A stretch of DNA of 64,000 nucleotides from Deltaproteobacteria bacterium (GTDB lineage Bacteria > Myxococcota_A > Polyangia > Polyangiales > Houyiibacteriaceae): assembly GCA_034670305.1 (NCBI GenBank), contig JAXMNT010000003.1, positions 1-64,000 of the forward strand, in the 5' to 3' direction. The first letter of the stretch is position 1; every line of letters starts with the position of its first letter. Below, piece by piece: positions 49,575 to 59,806 of this stretch. The position numbers and the translations under genes are program-made. Below the pieces are notes generated by a model. That model was not told the DNA's origin. It worked only from the letters and a program-made list of their open reading frames with translations, and did not search any database.

Positions 49575-52500
49575 TCAGTAGCGGCAGCAGCGGAAGCCGG
49601 TGTTCGGGAAGGCGAAGTTCTGGTCGCCGGTCGTGAAGTCGAAGGTGCAGGTCCGTCCCGGTTCGACGTTGTTGTACGAACCGCCCCGGATGGCATGGAT
49701 GTCCGTGGCCACCTCGGTGTAGGTCCACTCCTTCACGTTGCCGCTCAAGTCGTAGACCCGCTGGCCCCCGCTGTGGGCGGCGTAACAAGCCGGGAAAGTC
49801 GCCGACCCGGTGTCAAAGATGCTGTCCTGGTCGCCGGAGCTCGGGGAGCTGTCGTACTCCTTGCCGTTGCATCGGGTCGGGTTGCTGGTGCTGCAGCTGG
49901 CCGAGTACGACCAGTTGCACGTGCCGCTCACGCCCTGACAGCCCACTTCCCAGTCTTCCGCGTCGCAGAGGCGCCATTCGCTGAGATCGCCGGTGCAGGT
50001 GCCGCCCGCATTCATCGCGCAGCACGCGGCATTCGCTTCGGCCCAGGTCACGTTGGTCCAGGGAATGACGCCAGCGCGGGAACACGCGACGGTGTTCACG
50101 GTGCCGGGATCACCGCCCGTGCCATCCGGTCGCGAGGCTTCGTAGACGAACATCTCGAAGGTGCCGCCGCCGCCGCTGAGGTTGAGGGTGACCGTCTCGA
50201 TGTTCGAGGGATCGATCTCCTCGTCGATGAACGTGTCGCAGTCGTTGTCGAGGTCGTCGCAGTCTTCCGGAGACGACGGGAGCGGCGCGCCGGCGTTGCA
50301 TTCGGTGCCGTCCATGCTGCCGTTGCAGACGAACATGCCGTTGACCCGGCACTCGCCGGTGCCGTTGCCGCAGCTGGTGCCGAGCAGCGGGAAGGGATCG
50401 TCCGCGAAGCCGTTGCAGTCGTTGTCGAGCGTGTCGCAGCGGGTCTCGCCGCCGGGTTCGTAGGTCGCTGGGTAGTTGCACACCCAGCCCGAACCCGCGC
50501 CGCAGGTCGCGCTGGTGCCGCTGCACACACCGTTCGGGTTGCAGAAGTTCGACGGCGGCGTGAGCGACTCATCCGTGACCATGTCGCAGTCGTCGTCGAC
50601 GCCGTTGCAGACTTCGGCGCCGTTGAAGCTGCAGGCGTACTCGCACCCGTCGACATCCGATCCGTTGATGTCGTAGAAGCCCGCGTCGCAGGTCGTCATC
50701 ATACAACTGCCGCTGCTGCAGACCGCGTTGGCGTTCATGAAGTCGCACTCGATGCCGCAGCCGCCGCAGTGGTTGATGTCGTTCGTGGTGTCGAAGTCTT
50801 CGTCCGTGCTGCCGTCGCAGTCGTTGTCGTCCGTGTCGCAGCTCTCCAGCGACGGGCCGGTGCCCCCGCTACACGAGAGTGAACCGCCGGTACAAACCTG
50901 CATGCCTTGCACGCACTCTCCGGTGCCGTTGCCGCACAGCGCGCCGCCACCCGGGTTGCCTTCGTCCACGTTGCCATCGCAGTCGTTGTCGCTCGAGTCG
51001 CAGCTCTCGGCTGTCGGTCCGACGCCGCCCACGCACGTCAACGATCCACTGGTGCACTGCCGCGTGCCTTGCACGCAGTCGCCGGTGCCGTTGCCGCAGA
51101 GCGCACCGCCGCCGGGGTTGCCTTCGTCGGTACTGCCATCGCAGTCGTCGTCTTCGCCATCGCAGGTCTCGGCGGTCGGTCCCGACCCGCCGACGCACGT
51201 GAGCGAACCGCCGAGGCAGGAGAGCGAGCCGAAGTTGCATTCGCCGGTGCCGATGCCACACGTGCCACCGCCACCCGGGTTGCCCTCGTCGGTGCTCCCG
51301 TCGCAGTCGTTGTCGAGCGTGTCGCAGCTCTCGGCCACGGGCCCGCTTCCGCCCACGCAGGTGAGGGTGCCCCCGGTGCATTGACGCGTGCCTTGCACGC
51401 ATTCGCCGGTGCCGTTGCCGCACAGCGCGCCGCCGCCCGGGTTGCCCTCGTCGAGGTTGCCGTCGCAGTCGTCGTCCACCCCGTTGCAGGTCTCGGCCGT
51501 CGGACCGGTGCCGCCACCGCACACAAGCGCGCCTCCGGTGCACGAGAGCGTGCCGGACATACACGCGCCCACCGCGCTGCCGCAGCTCGCGCCGCCGCCC
51601 GGGTTGCCTTCGTCCGTGCTTCCGTCGCAGTCGTTGTCGCGGCCGTCGCAGTTGTCCGCCGTCGGGAAGGTGCCGCCGGTGCAGACGAAGCCGCCGCCAC
51701 TGCATACCCGGATGCCCTCTCGGCACTCGCCGGTGGAGCTTCCGCACGCGCCATCGGTCGGCACGCCTTCGTCCACGCGGCCGTCGCAGTCTTCGTCGAC
51801 TCCATCGCACGTCTCCGTGCTCGGCCGGACCCCACCGGCACAGCTCAGGGTGCCCCCGGAGCACGTCAACGTGCCCGTCGTGCAGACACCGATGCTGCTG
51901 CCGCACGCCGCGCCGCCGCCCGGGTTCATCTCGTCCGTCGACCCGTCGCAGTCGTCGTCCACGCCGTTGCACGACTCCGCCGTGCCGCTGACCGTGCCCT
52001 GGCATTGGATGGCGCCGCCGATGCATCGCTGGACACCCGCGCTGCACGCGCCGACGTCGGAGCCACATGCTGCGCCGCCGCCCGGATCGGACTCGTCCAC
52101 ACTGCCATCGCAGTCGTCGTCGAGTGAGTTGCACATCTCCGCGGCGGCGCCGGTGGCGCCTACGCACACGATCGCGCCCGCCGTGCACTGCCGGGTGCCG
52201 GGTGAACAGAGACCCACGTCGGTGCCGCAGTTGCCACCGCCGCCCGGGTTCATCTCATCGGTCATCCCGTCGCAGTCGTCGTCTGCGCCGTTGCAGGACT
52301 CGTCCGCGCCGCCAGTGGCGCCTTCACACACGACGACGCCGCCGCGGCAGTGTTCGAGGCCAGCGACACAGGCGCCGACATCGGTGCCGCAGCTGGCGCC
52401 ACCGTCTGGGTCGCCCTCGTCGATGTTCCGGTCGCAGTCGTTGTCGAGTCCGTCGCAGGTCTCGGTCCCAGCGCCGATCGCACCGACGCAGCTCAGTCCG

Positions 52501-55500
52501 CCGGCGAGGCAGGTCATTCGGCCTTGTTCGCACGTGCCGACGGAGCTCCCACACAGGGCGCCACCTTCGGGGTTGCCCTCGTCCATGCTTCCGTCGCAGT
52601 CGTTGTCGAGACCGTCGCAGCCTTCGGTGTCCGGCGCCGTCGACCCCATGCAGACGATGGTGCCCATGACGCACTGTTCGATGCCCGCGACACACTCACC
52701 GGTGTCGGTTCCGCAGGCGGCACCCGAGCCCGGGTCGCCCTCGTCCACGGTTCCATCGCAGTCGTCGTCGCGTGCGTTGCACGTCTCCACCGCGGGGTCC
52801 GCCGGGGTGCAGGCGTACTCGCAGCCGTTCGCGAGCACTCCGTCGATGTCGTAGAACCCGTCTTCGCAGTCGCCGAGCGCACACGATCCATCGACGCAGC
52901 TCGCCATCGTGTGGGCGAAGCGGCAGACGCGACCGCAGGTGCCGCAGTTGTCGGCGTCGGTCTCGAACGCGACGTCTTCGTCGACGGTGCCGTCGCAGTC
53001 GTTGTCGCGCAGGTCGCAGATGACGTCGTCCTCTTCCGTCACGAGGCAGCGGTACTCGCAGCCGTCGAGCGGGTCGCCGTTCAGATCGAAGAAGCCGACG
53101 TCGCATGCGGCGACGCCGCACACCCCGGCGTTGCACTCTCCGAAGGCGTGCGCGGGCTGACACGGCTGGTCGCATCCGCCGCAGTGGTCGAGGCTCGTCT
53201 CCAGGTCGATGCCTTCATCGGCGGTGCCGTCGCAGTCGTCGTCCTCGCCGTTGCACAGGTCGACCGTCAGACAGCCGTCGGGCCCAGCGTCGGGAATGCC
53301 GCTGTCGATGCCCCCGTCCGCCGGGCCGGTGTCGGCGTCCGCGCCACGTGCGTCGACGGGCGGCGCCCCGGTGTCCATGCCGCCGTCGATGCAGTCGATG
53401 CAGTAGGGGTCCAGGTCGCAGCCGGTGGTGCCGGTGGTGCCCACCACGAGCACCAGGATCAGGCCCGCGCGTTCAGCGTGTGTCCGTCGCGCTCCGCGTC
53501 CGGGCCGGCCAGCCGCCGGCTGGGCTTTTGGGCGCAGCCGCCTTGGGCGCCGGGCGAGCGCGATGAGGAAGAGCAGGCTCCAGAGCATGGACTGGCCGCT
53601 CTCGCCGCCCGGCACATCGCACTGACATCCGCCGCCACCACCGGCGATCACGCGCGTGCCAGGCGCACGGGGGTCGCCCGGTCCAGCGTCTTCGTCCATG
53701 GGCGTGCCGGCATCGACACCCGCGTCGGGCATGACAACGACTTCCGGAGCGCACTCCCCGTCTTCGCACATCTCGCCCTCGGGGCAGCGAAGCGTGTCGC
53801 AGGGGTCCATCTCGCACATGCCCGTCACCCGGTCGCAGATCGAACCGGCCGGACACCGGACGCCGATGCACATGTCTTCGCCGCAGTCGCCGGTGGCCGG
53901 GTCACAGACCTCACCACTCTCGCAGCCGACCCCGGCGCAGAGATCCGGGACGCAGAGCCCCGCCTCACAGCGTTCGGTCGAAGCGCACTCGACGTCGGAG
54001 CAGCTGCCTTCGCAGGCGCCACCACGGCAGGCTTCGCCCGCTTCGCACGAGACCCCCTCACAGGGATCGGTCGTGCACAGGCCGCTCGTCGTATCGCAGA
54101 TCTCACCGTCGGCACATCCAAGCGCGCGGCAGCTGTCTTCGACGCACATCCCGTCTCGCGGGTCGCAGACGGTGCCGTCGGCACAGACCACGCCGTCGCA
54201 CGGGAAGGTGCACTCGTTGCTTCGGCAGGCGCAGTCGGGGGTGTCCTCGTCCGGGCTGCAGAGCACTTCCCCGTCGCGTTCGACGGTCTCTCCGGTTGCG
54301 CACGCTTCTGCTTCGCAGCGCGGCGTGACACAGAAGCACTCGTCGCCGTCACCGGTCTCGAACGGGATCTTGCCGCTCGGGCAGCTGAACCCGAACTCGG
54401 TCATCGCGCAGGGAAGCGAACACGCGCACTCGACGCAGGCCGAACCGTCCGGGCACAACGAGCCGTCGGTTTCTTCGTCCACGGTGCCGTCGCAGTCGTT
54501 GTCTTCGCAGTCGCAGCCTTCGCGGGCCGGGGCGACTTCGCCGACACAGACGAGACGTCCGGAGATGCACTGCTCGGAGCCCTCCATGCAGAGGCCTTCC
54601 GCGTCGCCGCACGCTTCGCCGAGCGGCAGCGCCTCGTCGACCGAGCCATCGCAGTCGTCGTCGAGCGTGTTGCACTCTTCTTCGATGGGTCCGAGGCTGC
54701 CCTCGCACACGATCATGCCGTCGCGGCAGATGTTGAGACCTGGCACACACTCGCCGGTGTCCGTGCCGCACGGGGCACCCACCGGCAGGCCGTCGTCCGG
54801 GACGCCGTCGCAGTCGTTGTCGAGCGCGTCGCAGACTTCTTCGGTCGGCCCGACGCCGCCGTCGCAGATGAGCGTGCCGCCGGTGCAGAGGGTCGTGCCC
54901 GCTTCGCACTCGCCGGTGTCGTCTCCGCAGGCCATCCCACCTTCGGGGTTGCCTTCGTCGGTCATGCCGTCGCAGTCGTTGTCGAGGCCGTCGCAGATCT
55001 CGCCGGCCGGATCGGTCGCGCCGATGCAGACGATGCCGCCCATGCGACAGGCTTCGGCACCGAACTCGCACTCGCCGACGTCCGTCATGCCGCACGGCCC
55101 GCCGCCGCCCGGGTTGCCTTCGTCGGTCAGCCCGTCGCAGTCGTTGTCGAGCGCGTCGCAGACTTCGAGTCCAGGATCGACACTCCCAGCGCACTCGAGC
55201 GCGCCGCCCACACACGCACTCGTGCCCAGGGCACATTCGCCGGTCGCGGTGCCACAGGCTTCACCGCCGCCCGGGTTGCCTTCGTCGACCGGTCCGTCGC
55301 AGTCATTGTCCCGGCCGTCGCAGACTTCGTCCACGGGGCCGCGCGCGCCCGTGCAGGAGAACGAGCCCGCCACGCAGCTGAGCACGCCCGCCGAACACTC
55401 GCCGGTGTCGTCGCCGCACGAGCCCATGGTCGCGATCTCTTCGTCCGTGCTGCCGTCGCAGTCGTCGTCGGCCAGGTTGCAGGCTTCCGGAACCGGTTCG

Positions 55501-58478
55501 ACGCCACCACCGCAAACGAGCGCGCCGCTGGAACACGTGAGCGTGCCCGGCATGCAGGCCCCGATGGAGCTGCCGCAGCTGCCGCCACCGCCCGGGTTGC
55601 CTTCGTCGGTGCTTCCGTCGCAGTCGTTGTCGCGGTTGTCGCAGAGGTCGACGGTCGGCTCGACGCCGCCCGCGCACTGCAATGTGCCGCCGACACACTG
55701 CTCCGTGCCGCGGCTGCATTCGCCGGTGTCGGTGCCGCAGAAGCCGCCGCCGCCCGGGTTGCCTTCGTCGACGCTGCTGTCGCAGTCGTTGTCGAGCGCA
55801 TCGCAGGTCTCCGGCGAAGCGCCGACCGAGCCGGTGCAGACCAGCGTGCCACCGGTGCAGATGTTCGTGCCCGTGCTGCACTCGCCGATGTCGGATCCGC
55901 AGAGTCCACCACCGCCCGGGTTGCCTTCGTCGGTCACTCCGTCGCAGTCGTCGTCCGCGCCGTTGCACGTCTCGGGGGTTGCGCCAACGCTGCCGTTGCA
56001 GGTCAACACACCGCCGCTGCAGAGCTCGGTGCCCGACATGCAGGCGCCGACGTTGCTGCCGCAGAAGCCACCGCCGCCCGGGTTCATCTCGTCGGTGGAG
56101 CCGTCGCAGTCGTCGTCTCGGTTGTTGCAGGCCTCGGCCATGGCCGAGGTGCCGCCGACGCAGCTGTACGCGCCGCCGATGCACTGACGGGTGCCGGTCC
56201 GGCACTCACCCACGGAGGTGCCACAGGTTCCGTCGCTGCCAACGTCTTCATCGGTCGTGCCGTCGCAGTCGTCGTCGTCGCCGTTGCAGGTCTCGGCGGT
56301 CGGCCCGGTGTCGCCGGTGCACGCGAGTGTGCCGCCCGAGCAGGTGGTGGTGCCGGGCATACACGCGCCGACGCCACTGCCGCACGGCGCGCCGCTGCCT
56401 GGGTTGCCTTCGTCGGTGCTTCCATCGCAGTCGTTGTCGCGACCGTCGCAGGTCTCGGCGGTGCCGCTGACGCCGCCCACGCAGCTGAAGGTTCCGCCGG
56501 TGCACTGGAGCGCTCCGAACGAACACTCGCCCACATCGGTGCCGCAGGTGCCGGCGCTGGAGATGCCTTCGTCGGTGACGCTGTCGCAGTCGTTGTCGTC
56601 TCCGTCGCAGGTCTCCGCCACCGGACCGGTCCCACCGGTGCAGGTCAAGGTACCGCCGCTGCAGGTGAGCGCGCCGAGCGTGCATTCGCCCACGTTCGTG
56701 CCGCAGCCGCCGCCGCCGCCCGGGTTGCCCTCGTCCGTGCTGCCGTCGCAGTCGTCGTCTTCGCCGTCGCAGGTCTCGGTCGTTGGCCCGACCTGGCCGA
56801 CGCACGCGCCGAAGCTGCCCGCTGTACACACCTGGTTGCCGGGCTGGCACTCGCCGACGGAGCTGCCGCACGCCTGGGTGTTGCCATCGATCGAGCCATC
56901 GCAGTCGTCGTCGAGTCCGTTGCAGACTTCGGCGGTCGGTCCGACCGCGTCGCAGCCCATCCAGACGCCTGCACCGCAGGTCTCGTTGCCCGCCACGCAC
57001 TCGCCTACGTCCGTACCGCACCCACGGGTCAACCCCTCGTCCGTGCTGCCGTCGCAGTCGTTGTCCGCGCCGTCGCAGGTCTCCGCGCTCGGGGTGCATG
57101 CGCCGCACACGCCTTCGTCGATCGGGCCGTCGCAGTCGTCGTCGACGCCGTTGCAGGTCTCGGACGGAACCGCGCCGCAGCCGCCGCACGCGTTGGTCAC
57201 GCCTTCGTCGGTGAGGGTGTCGCAGTCGTCGTCGCTGAAGTTGCAGGTCTCGGCTGGCGGTGCGCCGCAGCCGCCGCAGGCGTTGGTGACGCCTTCGTCG
57301 ATGAAGCCGTCGCAGTCGTCGTCGAGGGTGTTGCAGACCTCGTTGACCAGCGAGTCCGCGACGATCGCCGCGAGGCCCGCGGAGAGCGAGACGGGATCGT
57401 CCGCGAAGAACGCGGACCCGGTGCCGCCATCGGCGGCGATGTCGTTGAGCGTGGCTTCGGACGCCGGAGTGATGTCGAGGCCGACCACGTACGTGCGGAT
57501 GCCGAGCGCGTTGTAAGTGGCCGCGGCTCCGTCGGGATCGCCACCACAGGACTCGAGCCCGTCGGTGATGAGCAAGATCGAGTAGTTGCGACACGCGGCC
57601 GCGGGATCCGCAGCGCGGATCGGAGCCATGTAATCACCACTCGCGGTGATGATGCCATCGAGCGGGGTCGGGCCCTCCGCACGCAGCTCGCAGTCACCCG
57701 TGGTCGCGTGGCTGCAGAAGTTGCCGCTCGTGGTGCCGGTCAGGAAGTTCGTCTCCTGGTTGTCCATCCAGCCGAGCATCGCGAACGTGTTGTCCATGCC
57801 GGAGAACGCGCCCATGTCCGGAAACCCGACGAGCACATCGCCACCGGTGCAGGTGCCATCGTAGTTCGTGCAGACCGTGGGGCTGTCGGGACTACCGGCG
57901 GTGGTCCACGTCCGCATCTCCAGGTTGGAACCCGTGCCGGGGCGGCACGCTGCGTTCAGGGGCGGGTCGACATCGTTCCACAGGCTCGGCCAGTTGAAGG
58001 GGCAAGAGCCGCCGCCGCCGGTCGGAATCGTGACGCCGGTGTTGCACTGCGGGTTGCCGTACGAGGTGACGAAAGGGCCGAAGGAGTTGCACTCGAAGCC
58101 GTTGATGTTGAGGCACGAGGTGTTGGTCGCGGAGTTCTGAGAGAACCGCGAGAGGGCCCACTCCACGTCGCCGAAGGCCAGCAAGGTATTCGTGACCGCT
58201 TCTTTCGCGACGAAGATCCGGCTGTCGTTGGGTTCGCCGTCGCAGTCGGTGTCGATGCCCGCGGTGCAGTTGGTGCCGCACATGGGGTCGGAGTTGCTCC
58301 CCGCGCCGGTGCAGTTGGTGGTCACGCCGTCCCCAAATGTGGGGATGCCGTTGAGGTCGACGGCCATGGAGCCCGAGGTGTCGAACGCAATGACGAATCG
58401 AGGTGGGACCTGCGCCTCCACCGAAATCGACACCAAACACAATCCAACCGTGAGCGAAACCGCCCAACCGCGAAGCAT
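49575..58478 (-). CDS. Giant surface protein: VWA, about 20 Cys/Asp repeats, internal MYXO-CTERM, second lipobox-like segment, about 18 repeats, FGE-sulfatase/C-lectin-fold tip
   Basis: Signal peptide; MIDAS-like FDTSGSM...PTPL...LITDG; about 52-aa CxxxDxDCDGxxDE units; GGGGGCQC...TM...RRPRR; C-terminal YEASR, PW..VTW, DLSGNVKEW, RGGSY, TGFRCC. Confidence 0.88.
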   Translation of the reverse strand: MLRGWAVSLTVGLCLVSISVEAQVPPRFVIAFDTSGSMAVDLNGIPTFGDGVTTNCTGAGSNSDPMCGTNCTAGIDTDCDGEPNDSRIFVAKEAVTNTLLAFGDVEWALSRFSQNSATNTSCLNINGFECNSFGPFVTSYGNPQCNTGVTIPTGGGGSCPFNWPSLWNDVDPPLNAACRPGTGSNLEMRTWTTAGSPDSPTVCTNYDGTCTGGDVLVGFPDMGAFSGMDNTFAMLGWMDNQETNFLTGTTSGNFCSHATTGDCELRAEGPTPLDGIITASGDYMAPIRAADPAAACRNYSILLITDGLESCGGDPDGAAATYNALGIRTYVVGLDITPASEATLNDIAADGGTGSAFFADDPVSLSAGLAAIVADSLVNEVCNTLDDDCDGFIDEGVTNACGGCGAPPAETCNFSDDDCDTLTDEGVTNACGGCGAVPSETCNGVDDDCDGPIDEGVCGACTPSAETCDGADNDCDGSTDEGLTRGCGTDVGECVAGNETCGAGVWMGCDAVGPTAEVCNGLDDDCDGSIDGNTQACGSSVGECQPGNQVCTAGSFGACVGQVGPTTETCDGEDDDCDGSTDEGNPGGGGGCGTNVGECTLGALTCSGGTLTCTGGTGPVAETCDGDDNDCDSVTDEGISSAGTCGTDVGECSFGALQCTGGTFSCVGGVSGTAETCDGRDNDCDGSTDEGNPGSGAPCGSGVGACMPGTTTCSGGTLACTGDTGPTAETCNGDDDDCDGTTDEDVGSDGTCGTSVGECRTGTRQCIGGAYSCVGGTSAMAEACNNRDDDCDGSTDEMNPGGGGFCGSNVGACMSGTELCSGGVLTCNGSVGATPETCNGADDDCDGVTDEGNPGGGGLCGSDIGECSTGTNICTGGTLVCTGSVGASPETCDALDNDCDSSVDEGNPGGGGFCGTDTGECSRGTEQCVGGTLQCAGGVEPTVDLCDNRDNDCDGSTDEGNPGGGGSCGSSIGACMPGTLTCSSGALVCGGGVEPVPEACNLADDDCDGSTDEEIATMGSCGDDTGECSAGVLSCVAGSFSCTGARGPVDEVCDGRDNDCDGPVDEGNPGGGEACGTATGECALGTSACVGGALECAGSVDPGLEVCDALDNDCDGLTDEGNPGGGGPCGMTDVGECEFGAEACRMGGIVCIGATDPAGEICDGLDNDCDGMTDEGNPEGGMACGDDTGECEAGTTLCTGGTLICDGGVGPTEEVCDALDNDCDGVPDDGLPVGAPCGTDTGECVPGLNICRDGMIVCEGSLGPIEEECNTLDDDCDGSVDEALPLGEACGDAEGLCMEGSEQCISGRLVCVGEVAPAREGCDCEDNDCDGTVDEETDGSLCPDGSACVECACSLPCAMTEFGFSCPSGKIPFETGDGDECFCVTPRCEAEACATGETVERDGEVLCSPDEDTPDCACRSNECTFPCDGVVCADGTVCDPRDGMCVEDSCRALGCADGEICDTTSGLCTTDPCEGVSCEAGEACRGGACEGSCSDVECASTERCEAGLCVPDLCAGVGCESGEVCDPATGDCGEDMCIGVRCPAGSICDRVTGMCEMDPCDTLRCPEGEMCEDGECAPEVVVMPDAGVDAGTPMDEDAGPGDPRAPGTRVIAGGGGGCQCDVPGGESGQSMLWSLLFLIALARRPRRLRPKAQPAAGRPGRGARRTHAERAGLILVLVVGTTGTTGCDLDPYCIDCIDGGMDTGAPPVDARGADADTGPADGGIDSGIPDAGPDGCLTVDLCNGEDDDCDGTADEGIDLETSLDHCGGCDQPCQPAHAFGECNAGVCGVAACDVGFFDLNGDPLDGCEYRCLVTEEDDVICDLRDNDCDGTVDEDVAFETDADNCGTCGRVCRFAHTMASCVDGSCALGDCEDGFYDIDGVLANGCEYACTPADPAVETCNARDDDCDGTVDEGDPGSGAACGTDTGECVAGIEQCVMGTIVCMGSTAPDTEGCDGLDNDCDGSMDEGNPEGGALCGSSVGTCEQGRMTCLAGGLSCVGAIGAGTETCDGLDNDCDRNIDEGDPDGGASCGTDVGACVAGLEHCRGGVVVCEGATGGADESCNGADDDCDGMTDEMNPGGGGNCGTDVGLCSPGTRQCTAGAIVCVGATGAAAEMCNSLDDDCDGSVDESDPGGGAACGSDVGACSAGVQRCIGGAIQCQGTVSGTAESCNGVDDDCDGSTDEMNPGGGAACGSSIGVCTTGTLTCSGGTLSCAGGVRPSTETCDGVDEDCDGRVDEGVPTDGACGSSTGECREGIRVCSGGGFVCTGGTFPTADNCDGRDNDCDGSTDEGNPGGGASCGSAVGACMSGTLSCTGGALVCGGGTGPTAETCNGVDDDCDGNLDEGNPGGGALCGNGTGECVQGTRQCTGGTLTCVGGSGPVAESCDTLDNDCDGSTDEGNPGGGGTCGIGTGECNFGSLSCLGGSLTCVGGSGPTAETCDGEDDDCDGSTDEGNPGGGALCGNGTGDCVQGTRQCTSGSLTCVGGVGPTAESCDSSDNDCDGNVDEGNPGGGALCGNGTGECVQGMQVCTGGSLSCSGGTGPSLESCDTDDNDCDGSTDEDFDTTNDINHCGGCGIECDFMNANAVCSSGSCMMTTCDAGFYDINGSDVDGCEYACSFNGAEVCNGVDDDCDMVTDESLTPPSNFCNPNGVCSGTSATCGAGSGWVCNYPATYEPGGETRCDTLDNDCNGFADDPFPLLGTSCGNGTGECRVNGMFVCNGSMDGTECNAGAPLPSSPEDCDDLDNDCDTFIDEEIDPSNIETVTLNLSGGGGTFEMFVYEASRPDGTGGDPGTVNTVACSRAGVIPWTNVTWAEANAACCAMNAGGTCTGDLSEWRLCDAEDWEVGCQGVSGTCNWSYSASCSTSNPTRCNGKEYDSSPSSGDQDSIFDTGSATFPACYAAHSGGQRVYDLSGNVKEWTYTEVATDIHAIRGGSYNNVEPGRTCTFDFTTGDQNFAFPNTGFRCCRY

Positions 58479-58593
58479 AAGCACCCGAGCCTCCCGTGCG
58501 TATGGTCACGCATTCGAGCCCGGGAATCAATGATGACGGAATCGGTAAGTGAGGGCGGACCTTCCCATCACCCCATTTTTGCCGTTGAACCGG

Positions 58594-59775
58594 CTAGAAA
58601 AAATCGACGAGGCGGGGCGCGCCGTGAAACGCGAAGGCGAGCTTTTCCAGCGCGGCTCCCGATCCCGCGATCTTGCCGACGGTGCCGAGCGTGATCGGGT
58701 TCTGGTGCCCGGAGTAGACGGAGGCGAAGGTGCCGACGTCCATGGTGAGCTGCGGCTGCTTCGTCTGGCGCGGCGTTCCTTTGCGGACGGTCGCGCTGCC
58801 ATTGGTGATCACGACCGAGAAGCACCGATGGTTGGCGCGTACGACCTCGTCGCGGATCTTGATCGTGAAGCGCGCGACGAGCGATTTCGGGTACCCGCGC
58901 TGTTCGATGGCGGCGGCCACATCGAGCACCCGCAGCATCCACACTTCTTTCACCTCGGTTCGAAAGTGGTGACCCGGGAGCAGGGAGAGCAAGGGGGAGT
59001 CGAGCGGGATCACCGTCCGGACGGTGGTGCTCAGGGTGCGGTGCTCGGCCAGCAACCCCAGCAATCGAGCGGCGGCCTCGGCAGACGTGAACGCGTAGTC
59101 GGTGACGACGACTTCGTAGCCGGGCGGCGCCAGTCGTGGTTGAAGCCGGTAGAAGAGGTACCCCTCGGGTCGACCTTCGGCGCCCACCAGCATGCCGTAG
59201 ACCGGCCGCCCTTCGACTTCCTGCCGGGTGCGCGGCCAGATGTACGGACCGCGATCGAGGTATCCGTCCCGCTTGCTGGCGAACGACCGGTAGACCTTCC
59301 GAATGGCCACCTCGTCCTTCGCCTCCACCGCCCGTGCCGGCATGGTGGTGTCCCGTGGGAGTTCACGCGTCTGCAACGTCGTCTCGCAGAGCACACCCGC
59401 GCTCTCCCACCCCGATCGCCGGTACAGCTTCGCCGTGGACGCGTAAAGGGCCGAGAGCGCGAAGCCGTCCCGGCGCATCTCCCGCACCGCCGCACGCATC
59501 ATGTGGGTCGCCAGCCCCTGCCCCCGTTCCGCGCCGTGCATGACGACGCCCGCGATCCCGCACATCGGCACCGACGCCCCCCCGAAGAACTGACCCATCG
59601 GGACTCTGAGCAGGCTACCGGCGACCACGCCATCTTTCCGGATCGCCCGCACCTCCTCCGCGTATTTCTGCAGCCACCCAGTGGATCGCTCCGGCGTCGT
59701 TGCAAACGCATGCGCCGTGTTCTGCCCAAGCCCCTCGAACTCGGAGTCCGCAACCGTGGTGTACGTCAGCTTCAT
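58594..59775 (-). CDS. Eis-like GNAT acetyltransferase with C-terminal SCP2-like domain
   Basis: MGQFFGG..VP..GIAGV.....RGQGLA..M, SALYAS...[15 protein letters not shown]...RGY. Confidence 0.85.
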   Translation of the reverse strand: MKLTYTTVADSEFEGLGQNTAHAFATTPERSTGWLQKYAEEVRAIRKDGVVAGSLLRVPMGQFFGGASVPMCGIAGVVMHGAERGQGLATHMMRAAVREMRRDGFALSALYASTAKLYRRSGWESAGVLCETTLQTRELPRDTTMPARAVEAKDEVAIRKVYRSFASKRDGYLDRGPYIWPRTRQEVEGRPVYGMLVGAEGRPEGYLFYRLQPRLAPPGYEVVVTDYAFTSAEAAARLLGLLAEHRTLSTTVRTVIPLDSPLLSLLPGHHFRTEVKEVWMLRVLDVAAAIEQRGYPKSLVARFTIKIRDEVVRANHRCFSVVITNGSATVRKGTPRQTKQPQLTMDVGTFASVYSGHQNPITLGTVGKIAGSGAALEKLAFAFHGAPRLVDFF

Positions 59776-59806
59776 CCGCGAGAGGCTACACGGCACCCGG
59801 CCCCAC

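Noticed and set aside
49430-49800. Diversity-generating retroelement (FGE/C-lectin tips plus an Avd-like gene in the window)
   Set aside because: No reverse transcriptase and no template repeat matching either lectin 3' end were seen. A remote DGR cannot be excluded.
50200-57350. Regularly spaced GTCGCAGTCGT(T/C)GTC DNA repeats as a non-coding array
   Set aside because: They encode the in-frame DxDCD motif and vary at synonymous positions
52350-58694. Long antisense and alternative-frame ORFs (for example 2114 aa here, 59681-63445, 503-3325)
   Set aside because: Typical high-GC shadows of genes with clear motifs on the other strand or frame
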